DNA of 63,645 nt, the filler included, from Candidatus Coatesbacteria bacterium (GTDB lineage: Bacteria; JAFGND01): the NCBI GenBank assembly GCA_016927185.1. It is 7 parts of 7 records of this genome, joined end to end, with 100 filler letters (N's around TTAATTAATTAA, not from the genome) between each part and the next. Parts side by side here need not be neighbours in the genome. Positions count along the whole stretch, not along the records: positions 10,465 to 22,845 come from JAFGND010000074.1; positions 22,946 to 39,673 come from JAFGND010000075.1; 5 more parts are not named here. One strand, written 5' to 3'. Under the pieces are notes generated by a model. That model was given only the letters and a program-made list of their open reading frames with translations. It did no database searches and was not told the origin of the DNA. Shown here piece after piece: positions 20,757 to 30,500 of the stretch. The translations under genes were made by a program, and so were the position numbers. Numbering within the stretch: position 1 is the stretch's first letter; each line of letters begins with the position of its first letter.

Positions 20757-21682
20757 TTCAGTTCCTCTTTGTTGTGTTTCAAAGATGGCAATTCAACACA
20801 TAATCCTTCATATGCAGCGTATACATCAAAATTCTTATCTTTTGCTATATCCTTTGCAATTCTCTCTTTTTCTCTTGTATCATTATCTTTTTCATCGGGA
20901 TCATGATGAAAGAGTATAAGCTGTCTTGCTTCTGCCATCTCTGCAATCCTTATCCCGTCCTTTGGGGTAGAATGTCCCCAGTGTTCTCTTCCCTTTATGC
21001 TTTCCTCTCTGAAGTGGGTATCATAAACAAGCAAATCAGCTTTATGAGCCAAATCAGTTATCCTTTTTTCATAGCTTTCCACGAACTCGTTGTAATGAGG
21101 ATCATCTATAGACAGAAAACCTTCTCCAAGTGGAACGACATGAATTCTTGCAGTATCAGTAATGAAAGTGAAAATGCTTTCTCCATCTGATATCCTGTAA
21201 CCAAGTGTAGTATTTGGATGGTTCAGCTGCATAGTCATTATCGTGAAATCATCTATTGTGAAACTCTGTCCTGGATTTATTTCATGAAGGACTATTTTAG
21301 CAGGCAAGTCCTTGAATGCAACAGGAAAGAAGTCCTTGTCATATAGACCTTCAAAAATCTTCTTCAGACTTACGCATTCAGTTCTAGCAGCATAAATATG
21401 AAAGACATTACCTTCAACAAAAAATGGGGTGAATGAGAGAAGACCAAGAATGTGATCCCAGTGGGTATGGGTTATCAGTATATGTCCTTTTCCCTGTCCC
21501 TGTCTGCATTTTCCCTGCATAAGTATTCTCCCTACAGTCCTGATGCCAGTTCCTCCGTCTATCATCAGAAGCTCCTTGTTCTTGCCAAGAATACTTATGT
21601 TTGTGGTATTTCCTCCAAATTCTATATTGTCTGGATATGCAATGGGATAGCTTCCCCTTACTCCATTAAAAAAAATCTTCAT
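20747..21682 (-). CDS. MBL-fold metallo-hydrolase, tandem paralog
   Basis: GVRGS, GGNTT, DGGTG, THTHWDH, WGHST, FHHDP. Confidence 0.88.
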   Translation of the reverse strand: MKIFFNGVRGSYPIAYPDNIEFGGNTTNISILGKNKELLMIDGGTGIRTVGRILMQGKCRQGQGKGHILITHTHWDHILGLLSFTPFFVEGNVFHIYAARTECVSLKKIFEGLYDKDFFPVAFKDLPAKIVLHEINPGQSFTIDDFTIMTMQLNHPNTTLGYRISDGESIFTFITDTARIHVVPLGEGFLSIDDPHYNEFVESYEKRITDLAHKADLLVYDTHFREESIKGREHWGHSTPKDGIRIAEMAEARQLILFHHDPDEKDNDTREKERIAKDIAKDKNFDVYAAYEGLCVELPSLKHNKEELNCK

Positions 21683-21865
21683 TCAAATCTTTCTCTCAGG
21701 CGGATACGATTCCCTTATTTCTATTTCCCTTACTGGATTTATCTTAACTGTATCTTTCTCATTAGCCAGGACAATAAGGATAAGTTTGTCTCCTTCAGCA
21801 AACTCTATTTCCTCATTAATCAAGATTTTCCCATCCCTGTATTCTGCAAATATTGATTTATACAT
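21683..21865 (-). CDS. Small AF2212/DUF104 antitoxin-like protein
   Basis: Pattern IFAEYRDGKI...EFAEGDKL resembles I.A.Y.NGV...L.EG.KV; first gene of the MBL operon. Confidence 0.45.
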   Translation of the reverse strand: MYKSIFAEYRDGKILINEEIEFAEGDKLILIVLANEKDTVKINPVREIEIRESYPPERKI

Positions 21866-22125
21866 CCGTTACCTTTATATACTATTATATACTTGACATG
21901 CTTGAAAGGCAATAACTTTACTTTTAGTCAAGTTCTTTTCTAATTTAAATTAATCTAATCCTGAAGACTGATGGACTGAAGCCAGAAAGAAGATGCCACT
22001 CTGGACAAAGTAACTATTTGAAATTAATATGATTATTAAATATTTCTATGAAAAGAACAGTATCAATCTGCACCTGAAAAACCCTTGACATTAACTATTG
22101 CCAAATTTCATTGCTATATTAATAA

Positions 22126-22155
22126 AAAGGGAAGACCATGATTATAGTAAGGAGG
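22126..22155 (+). promoter_or_regulatory. Conserved 30-nt 5' leader/RBS, identical to 57804..57833
   Basis: AAAGGGAAGACCATGATTATAGTAAGGAGG precedes both APGDL-type PQQ-repeat genes. Confidence 0.8.
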
Positions 22156-22160
22156 AAATT

Positions 22161-22845
22161 ATGAGAAATCTGCTTCTATTAATAACACTGCTATTATTAT
22201 CATCTCTTCTTTTCTCAGCACCCGGGGATTTGTTATGGAGATATAAGACACGTAATTGTATTATATCATCTCCTTGTGTTTCAGATGGAGTTGTTTATAT
22301 TGGTAGTAATGATTATTATCTATATGCAATAAACAGCTCAGATGGAACTCTTAAATGGAGATATAAGACAGGTAATCAAGTTGGCTCCTCTCCTTGTGTT
22401 TCAAGTGGAGTTGTTTATGTTGGTAGTCATGATAACTATCTTTATGCAATAAATTGCTCAGATGGTACTATTAAATGGAGTTATATGACAGGTAGTGAAG
22501 TTATCTCCTCTCCTTGTGTCTCAGATGGAGTCGTTTATATTGGAAGTACTGATTATCATATTTATGCAATAAACTGCTCTGATGGTTCTCTTAAATGGAG
22601 ATATAAGACAGGTTATTGGGTTTCTTCCTCTCCTTGTGTTTCAGATGAAGTTGCATATGTTGGAAGTAACGATAGTTACCTTTATGCAATAAACAGCTCA
22701 GATGGAACTCTTAAATGGAGATATCAGACAAGTAATCATGTTGGCTCCTCTCCTTGTGTTTCAGATGGAGTTGTTTATGCTGGAAGTAATGATAATTATA
22801 TTTATGCAATAAACTGCTCTGATGGTTCTCTTAAATGGAGATATA
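22161..22845 (+). CDS. Secreted PQQ-like beta-propeller repeat protein (3'-truncated)
   Basis: Signal peptide then 40-aa repeats WRY.TG..V.SSPCVSDGVVY.GS.D.YLYAIN.SDG; contig breaks inside the repeats. Confidence 0.9.
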
Positions 22846-22945
22846 NNNNNNNNNNNNNNNNNNNNNNNNNNNNNNNNNNNNNNNNNNNNTTAATTAATTA
22901 ANNNNNNNNNNNNNNNNNNNNNNNNNNNNNNNNNNNNNNNNNNNN
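22846..22945. other. Artificial contig linker
   Basis: N-run/TTAATTAATTAA/N-run. Confidence 0.98.
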
Positions 22946-24103
22946 CTTTGCACCACGCTTCGTATAATCATTATATAATCTTCTTATATTACCCTTGCCA
23001 CCATTGACAACACTTGATATCTGCTGCTTTATCTCATCTGTTACCTGACCACCTACTGAAGTGGATCCAAAATTCATCTTCCCGAGTGATTCCTTCTTAA
23101 CTGTCTCTTTGGGACCAGTTTGTCTCCTTGCTGGTCCGATTTTAGGATCCCCTCCTGATGGTAAATTCACATTTGGTCTGTTAAACCTTATGTTTTCACC
23201 CCCAGGTGCACCTGGTGCTCCAGGACCGAAACTTCCTCGGGAGTATTTCCCGCTTCCATCTCCTGAACCAGAACCTTGTCCTGAGGATGATGTCCATGTT
23301 CCTGTTGAAGTAACCGAACTTCCACTTCCATCATCATCAAAGCCTCCCAGAATTTTGTCTGCAGCATCTTCTGCTCCCTTATCACCTACATCGAATCTTT
23401 CAGGCTCTCCTGGTTCACCTTTCTTTGCATTCGGGTCAAAATCAGTTGAGCCTGCCTGGGAAACTCTTGTAGAAGCTTCAGATGGTCCGACATTTTTATC
23501 CTGTCCACTTCCCTTTCCCTTTCCACTTCCCTGATCCATAGATTTCCTCAAATCCTCATCGTCCTTCTTTGCATCTTTCTTGCTTGTTCCTTCTGATGAA
23601 GATGTCTCCTTGTCCTTTGCTTCCTTGTCAGATTGCTCCTTCTGCTTTCTGAATGCTATCATCCTGTTTACTGCATCTTCAAGCTGCTTGATTTTTGTCT
23701 TCCTGGGTTGAAGATTGAATACATCAACTGCTTTTATTATTCCTGCTGTTGATAGTGATTCAATTATAAAGCAGAGAAGAAATACAGTCATCATATAGTC
23801 TTTATGTTTCACTGGTGGAATATATACATGCTCGAATTTCACTTGCGGTTCATCAGATTTCGGTGCTTCCTTGACTTCCAGAACCCTCAATACACCAGTA
23901 GAAGCAGCTGATGGTTTCCTTACTGGAGGTCTTACAGGAGGTATCTTGCTAGTTCCTATCACCTGAGGGATAGGTGGTTTTGGGGCAAGAGGTGGTTTAG
24001 GAGCACCCAAATTAGGTAATGGAGGTGGTTTCAAATCACCTGCCTTTGGTATGGGAAGAGGTGGTTTACTTATTCCAGGTTTTTTATCTTTATCATCAGG
24101 CAT
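22946..24103 (-). CDS. TonB-like / GltG(AgmX/PglI)-like energy transducer (3'-truncated)
   Basis: Pro-rich N-terminus, one TM helix, Gly/Ser/Lys-rich linker, C-terminal ISSVVNGGKGNIRRLYNDY; follows ExbBD genes. Confidence 0.65.
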
Positions 24104-24122
24104 AAATTCCCTCCTTCAGGTT

Positions 24123-24605
24123 TTACTGGACACTTACAACAGACATGATAAACGCATCAATATTGCCAGCATCCCTTGCAGAACCTAAAACTGCCCATAA
24201 TGTTCTGTATGGTAAGTTCTTGTCTCCTTCAAATATTACTATCTTTTTTGCCAGTTTCGTATGCTTCTGAAGAAACTCAGTTAATATCGAAAGTTGATCC
24301 TTTTCCTCTGCAGTTGCAGCTTTTTCAGAATATGGATATTTCAGGTAAATTTTGTCAGTTTTATAAGAAGCGATAACTTCAACCATATTACTGTTTTTTA
24401 CAACTCCAATAGATATAGTTCTTTCTCTTTCCTTTTCTTCTTGTTTTTTCTGTGAGTTGGAATCAGGCAGCTTGACATAGCTTCCTATTGCAGATTCAGG
24501 ATCAGTTGAGAAATTAATCAGCAAATACACAAGGAATATTGTGAACATATCCATCATTGAAGTCATTCTTAAGACAGGCAGTTTTCTCTTTGGCTTTTTT
24601 CCCAT
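24123..24605 (-). CDS. ExbD/TolR-family stator subunit (AglS-like)
   Basis: LRMTSMMDMFTIFLVYLL, VKLPDS, EGDKNLPY...ARDAG. Confidence 0.85.
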   Translation of the reverse strand: MGKKPKRKLPVLRMTSMMDMFTIFLVYLLINFSTDPESAIGSYVKLPDSNSQKKQEEKERERTISIGVVKNSNMVEVIASYKTDKIYLKYPYSEKAATAEEKDQLSILTEFLQKHTKLAKKIVIFEGDKNLPYRTLWAVLGSARDAGNIDAFIMSVVSVQ

Positions 24606-24619
24606 ATTTACCCGCTTTC

Positions 24620-25153
24620 CTATAATAATCCTAGTGAAATATTCTGGAAACCTGCTTCCCTGCCTGCATCCATCATAGAAATAATATATCTATACATAAT
24701 GGCATTATCTGCCTTAATTACGCAAGTTTCAAGTGCTCCTTGTTTCTTGTAAACCTCAATCTTGTCTTTTATCTTCTTGTAATTCTCGTATGCTTCTGTT
24801 TCATTGGTTAATACAGACATGTTATCCATTATATTAGTTACTTTTTGCAAGTTACCTTTCGGACCAATATAAACATCACCAGGATTAGTAATCTCAATTA
24901 TAAGCATCTTTGCCTGGAATTCTTTTGCTTCCTTAGTAGTTGGGTTAGCTGTTCTTCCTGCAGAAGGCATATATAACTGTAATATTGCTGACTGCGAGAA
25001 TCTTGCAGCTACAAGAAGAAGCGGGATAATGACCAGGAATATATTCATCTGACCAGTTAAGTTAATTTCTACTTCTTCCTTGACTCGCTTCTTGTGTCTT
25101 GCCCCTGAAGGCTTGCTAATACTAGGATCGTTTCCTACACCTGTTCTAGGCAT
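24620..25153 (-). CDS. ExbD/TolR-family stator subunit (AglQ-like)
   Basis: EINLTGQMNIFLVIIPLLL, IKADNAIMYRYIISMMDAGREAGFQNISL. Confidence 0.85.
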   Translation of the reverse strand: MPRTGVGNDPSISKPSGARHKKRVKEEVEINLTGQMNIFLVIIPLLLVAARFSQSAILQLYMPSAGRTANPTTKEAKEFQAKMLIIEITNPGDVYIGPKGNLQKVTNIMDNMSVLTNETEAYENYKKIKDKIEVYKKQGALETCVIKADNAIMYRYIISMMDAGREAGFQNISLGLL

Positions 25154-25156
25154 TAC

Positions 25157-25795
25157 CTACCTCCCAGCTACAAGAGCATTCATTACTTTAAGGGCTGTTT
25201 CATCAATATCATTTATAATCCCGTCCACAAGTCCCTGAATCCAGGCATGCACAACAAGAGTTGGAATAGCAACAATCAATCCTGCTTCTGTTGTGTACAT
25301 TGCTGCCTTTATACCACCTGCAAGAGCTGCACCCTTCTGCTCACCTGTATACTGTGCCAGGGATTTAAATGATTCCATCAAACCAATAATAGTTCCAAGC
25401 AGACCAAGCTGTGTTGCAACGTTTGCAATAGTTGCAAGCGCCGGAAGTCTGGCTTCCAATCTTGGTGTTTCCTGGATAACTGCTTCATCTATAGCTCCCT
25501 GAATGGCACTTTTTGTATCCTGCCTGTTCTCTATTGCAATCCTTGCAATTCTTGGAACAGGACCTTTCTCTCTCTTGCAGTAAGCTATAGCTTTCTTGTA
25601 GTTACCTTGCTTTATAAGATTAACTATTTCATAAAGAAAACGTCTAGCATCAATCCTGGAACTGTAACATACTATTAAACGTTCAATTGACACAGCTGTT
25701 GCAATAATGGCACATAGCAAAATCAATGAAATGTCAATTGGACTGGAAGCAAATGCTTCCTTAATCTCATTTGCCAAATAAGAGAAAAAATTCAT
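25157..25795 (-). CDS. MotA/TolQ/ExbB proton-channel protein (AglR-like)
   Basis: ATQLGLLGTIIGL, GIKAAMYTTEAGLIVAIP. Confidence 0.92.
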   Translation of the reverse strand: MNFFSYLANEIKEAFASSPIDISLILLCAIIATAVSIERLIVCYSSRIDARRFLYEIVNLIKQGNYKKAIAYCKREKGPVPRIARIAIENRQDTKSAIQGAIDEAVIQETPRLEARLPALATIANVATQLGLLGTIIGLMESFKSLAQYTGEQKGAALAGGIKAAMYTTEAGLIVAIPTLVVHAWIQGLVDGIINDIDETALKVMNALVAGR

Positions 25796-25849
25796 GCAAG
25801 AACCTCCTCAAATACAACTAGTGAAATAAACATCTGAAAGAATTTCCCA

Positions 25850-27556
25850 TTATCTTATGGGCAATACCAGTATCACCCCCCCCTCTACTATTGGTCCTTC
25901 ATGAGGATAATCTAAATAAAACTTATATGCTTCTTTTTTAAATGGATAAGATCCACTTAAAAACAATACCAATATGTCACTTAAAAGATATTTCGAAAAC
26001 CTTACTTTAGCAAAAGGTAATCCCAGATTTCCTGAAGGAGTATTATTAACCATAACATAATCTCCTCCTCCAGCAATATCAATATTTTTATCTTTTCTAT
26101 ATCCTATCATATAATGAACTACATGTGCGTTTTCATAAGGCAAGGTGAATGAGCTTTTCCTGAATCCATATCTCAGTTCATGATATACTTCTGGAACGAA
26201 ATTGTGATTTACAGAAACATCAAACCCGAAAAGGGATGTACTTGAATCTGCCTGGGCAAGTCTCCATGAATATTCTGTAGAGGTTGAATCTGCCAGGCCA
26301 GAGGATGTCCAGTAGAATCTCTGCTTATATGACCTGAAAAAGCCTTCTGCCTTAAGCAACAAAACATAAGGAAGCTCTACAGTAAATCCTCCCAATCCGT
26401 AATAATATTCATCTCTGCCATAAGTAGAATCAATCTGTACAAAACTCAGATTAGGAGCTTCTTCCCATAGTCTTGTTCTGAAGACATCTCCTCCGCCTCC
26501 AGCATAAATCCTGCTTACTGGAGTGAAATAATACTCAATAAGACCTTGAGGATTTACTTTTGTCGCCCATTTCTTGTCATATACTATATTAACACCAGGA
26601 ATAAATCTCAATTTATCAGCTTTTATTGTAAGATTTCCGCCAAAATCTCCCATAGTGTATCTGTTGCTTATTTCATTTATATTATCTCCATTGGCTGCAT
26701 CATAAGTGATTCTTCCCCCCCCGCCTTCTGCAGAAAATTCTGCATCAACAGTCTTGGAACCAACATGAAGTCTCCCCAATCCACCTATCATTGTTTCCTG
26801 ATATCTTCCAAAACTATCTTCATTTTTAAGAGAAAAACTGTTACCAAGCATTCCAACTTCAAATCTTGATGTTTTGGAAATTCTGTATCCAAAACTTCCG
26901 CTGCCATACAAAAAGTCCCTTGGCTGAACAGTCAAGGAATCCGCAGATTCTATCTTCTTGTAATCATACAAGACATTGAAATCAATTATATAAAGCTCAC
27001 TGAAATATCTACCTTGCAATAAACCTCTTGTTCTTTCATCTTTATAATCACTGACTTTTCCAATCTTGCTGTCCCAGATAAATTTATAAAAAGACTCATT
27101 CCTGAAAAAAAACTGTCTTTCATCCTTGCTGAACCATTCATCAAATGGATCTATCTTTGGTTTAAGTTCATCCATTTCCTCTTTCTGTTTTGAAAGAGTC
27201 TGAGTACCAGTAGTGATCCTTCCGGCTGAAAATACTCTTAAGTTGTGCAGTTCATGATAAGACAGACTTCCACCAATAAGGTTTGCGAAAACAGGAACAG
27301 GAGCAGGATAAATATTATCAAGAAATGTGCTTTTTTCAATTGGTCTCATTAAATCCCTGAAAAATTCCCTGTCAATCTTGACCTCTCCTGTATCAGAAAA
27401 CTTTCTTGTCAACATGAGGTCAAGCCCGGTACCACCAGATATTTTAATCTCGCCAAGATTTATTTCTATCTCTTCTTCTGCTTCCAATCCTGCTTCAAAC
27501 AAGAGAAGCAGGAACAATATAATAGCTAATTGCCACCGAACATTTTTTGATACCAT
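25850..27556 (-). CDS. Putative outer-membrane beta-barrel protein with GltF-like N-terminal segment
   Basis: Signal peptide; INLGEIKISG...REFFRDLMRPIEKSTF; alternating aromatic/Gly strands. Confidence 0.5.
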   Translation of the reverse strand: MVSKNVRWQLAIILFLLLLFEAGLEAEEEIEINLGEIKISGGTGLDLMLTRKFSDTGEVKIDREFFRDLMRPIEKSTFLDNIYPAPVPVFANLIGGSLSYHELHNLRVFSAGRITTGTQTLSKQKEEMDELKPKIDPFDEWFSKDERQFFFRNESFYKFIWDSKIGKVSDYKDERTRGLLQGRYFSELYIIDFNVLYDYKKIESADSLTVQPRDFLYGSGSFGYRISKTSRFEVGMLGNSFSLKNEDSFGRYQETMIGGLGRLHVGSKTVDAEFSAEGGGGRITYDAANGDNINEISNRYTMGDFGGNLTIKADKLRFIPGVNIVYDKKWATKVNPQGLIEYYFTPVSRIYAGGGGDVFRTRLWEEAPNLSFVQIDSTYGRDEYYYGLGGFTVELPYVLLLKAEGFFRSYKQRFYWTSSGLADSTSTEYSWRLAQADSSTSLFGFDVSVNHNFVPEVYHELRYGFRKSSFTLPYENAHVVHYMIGYRKDKNIDIAGGGDYVMVNNTPSGNLGLPFAKVRFSKYLLSDILVLFLSGSYPFKKEAYKFYLDYPHEGPIVEGGVILVLPIR

Positions 27557-30500
27557 TTTTTCCTCGCTTCTGTGGCTTGCCTCCCAAAATCATCCTTAAT
27601 TTCCAGAATGTTCTTTACCGCCTCCCCTGCTTTGCTTGTTATTTCAGCATCCTGAGTGTAGGTTTTTGCCATTTCAAGGGATTTTTTATACCATTCTGTG
27701 TTTGCATACTGTTGATAATAGCTAGGATTTTTGTCAATAGCTGCGTTAATTGTCTTAACGACTTTTGCGTATGCATCGCCTATTTTAAGCATTACCTTGG
27801 CTTTTGTGTCAGCAGAAATATTAGAATCCAAAACCTTTTTTCTCTTTACTTCATCAAAAAATATGTTTGCTTGTTTATAGAAGATCTTGGCATGAAGTTC
27901 AGGAACCGGGAAGGTCAGGACTTTGGTATACCATTCTTTGTTCGCAGCTTCAAATCCTGACTTTTTTTCCATTATTTCACCAAGATTATAATGCAGGAGT
28001 GCTATTCTTGTATCTTCCTGATTACTGTAAACGCTAATGGCTTTCTTCATCTCAGGTTCAGCAGTAACATAATCTCCTTTATCATAATAAAGCAAGGCTA
28101 TTGTTGCCGCAAAATCAAAGGTATGTTCCTTATCACCCGGGAACCTGTTAACATATTCCTTCATTAGTTTTTGCACTGTCTCTAAATCCTTATGCTCTTT
28201 ATAAGTATCTATCTCAGCAAGATAATAGTCTATTTTCTTCTTCTGGTCACTTTCTTTTTCAGCCATCTGATGTATCATTTGAGCTGCTTCTTTCCATTTG
28301 TTAGTTTTTCTCATTATGTAAACAATCTTGCTTCTGTAATCCTGTGCCAGTTTTTCATCCTTGGTTTGCTTGATTATTTGTTCATAAAGATCGATAATCT
28401 TCATATACATGTTCTGCAACTGTGCCTTGTCCTCACCAGTCTGTCCTTCTCCCTTATCTTCCAATGCTTTAGCTGCTTTGCTATACAGACCAGCAGTATT
28501 CTGCCAGTATATTATTTTCTCTTCTTCTTTTACAACACCTGTTGTTGTCTTTATATATTCAGCCTTCTTCTGTTCCCATTGGGCAGAAAGAATATAATTC
28601 TGAGCTTTCACATTACCTATTTTGTTTTCTTCAGCTGTTTTATAAGCAGTCTCAGCTTGATTAGTATAAATTAATATGATATAACCATTTGCTGCTTTGA
28701 CCAAATCCTCGAAACCTTTCGATTTACAATATACCTGAGCTTCCTGCAAGTATTGAATTGCCTTCTCTGCTGATTCTTTCTGCTGATCATTGTAAATTCT
28801 CAGTACATTTCCCATAATTTTCTTTGCCTGTTCTGGATATCCATTAAGGACTGCGTAATCTGTTAACTGCCTTAAATAACCAGCTGCCTGCATTACGTCA
28901 CCTTTTACAAGTGGTGTCTTGGAAGTAGTATCATTGGAGGTTTTTTCTGCTGCATTCGGATATGCAATCAGCCAGTATTGAGCATGTGCTGCTTCAATTG
29001 CCTGAACTGCTTCATTCTTCTTGCCATTCAATCTTGCAAAACGCTCTACTTCCATAAATGCCTTCGCTGCATCTATCCATTGTTTCTTCATCTGGTAACA
29101 ATACGCTATATTCTGTCTCGCGGATAATCCATTATCCACTTCTGTCGGGAATCTCTGTAAGAAATTATTGTAAACCACCATGGCATTATCCCATTGCTTC
29201 AATTCAAGCAGAGCATCTGCATGGACTGACATAATTATTGAAAGGTCCTTGTTATTTGTACCAATTTTTTCGTAAAATTCTGCTGCTTTTATTAATTTCG
29301 GAATTATCTGCTGCTTTTGTGTAGTATTCTTAGTTTTATCAGCCAGAAGTGAGATATCATGATAGCATGAGAAAGCATTTCTCACGCAAAACTGAATATA
29401 ATCCTGTTTGGTCTTATCCTTAAATGCCTCAATTCCCTTGAGAAAATTTGGTGGGAAATTCTGTTCAAGCTCGGTAGCTAACTTGAGGAATGTATCACCA
29501 GCTGGTTCGCTTTGTTGCAGAGCCATCTGGGCATCCCCAAGATTTACAAGCATTGCATAATATTCTATTGTTCTTGAATTCGGGTTTCTTGCCAGATATT
29601 CACTAGACAGCTTCATCATTTTTTCATATTCTCCCTTGGATTTTTCATCTAAAGTCTTTGATGCAGAGAGTTTTTCCCTGATTTTTGACGTAACTTCGAA
29701 TAAGGCTACATTCACTTTTGATGAAACATCCTTGTCGGTCGAAGTTCTTGCTTTGTCCAGAAAACTCTCCATTGCATTCTGCCAGCCATCCATATTTTTT
29801 GATGTTTTTGATAATTCACCTATTCTCCAGTGGACACTTGCTATATTTGGATCGTTTGGATAAAGATTATTCATTAGTTTCAAGGTATTTATTGCCCTGT
29901 CATATTTGAACAAGGTTTCATATTTCCCTGCCATTTTATCCATAACCTGCTTTGTAGTCTGGGATCTTGTTGCATCTGGTTTAAGTTGCAGATATTTCTG
30001 AAAAAGCACTACTCCAGTATTATCCTTCTTGCTCTCAGCATGCTGGGTGAAAAGAACTGCAGCTTTGTCAACAGCTTCACTTTCCTGTTTTACTGCTGGT
30101 GCTTGATTGAATGCATCAGTCATATACTGGACAGCTCTTTCATATTCACCTTGCTTCATATATGCGATAGCAAAAAGAAGAGTCAACCTGAATTTCTGGA
30201 TGGGAGTAATGTTCTTTAATCTGATAGCTTTATCATAAAATGGTAATGCCATTTTCCAGTACTTGGAATCATCTTTACCTTCTTCAGTTTTATCAAATGC
30301 CGGAAGAATATTGACATATGCCTCTCCAGCAGCTATGGCAGCATCAGCGGCGCTCGGAAAGTCTGGAAATTTATCCAGGAGTATTTCCCAACTCTTTATT
30401 GCCTTGACTGTATAATTCATAAGTCTTGTAGCTTCCTCTACGCTGATATTCTCTTGTTCTATCTTTGCAGAAGCTACAAAATAATATGCCCAGCCTAAAC

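Noticed and set aside
22228-22845. 120-nt tandem repeats as a CRISPR array or DGR
   Set aside because: They are in-frame coding repeats with no unique spacers; no cas or reverse transcriptase genes are present in the window.
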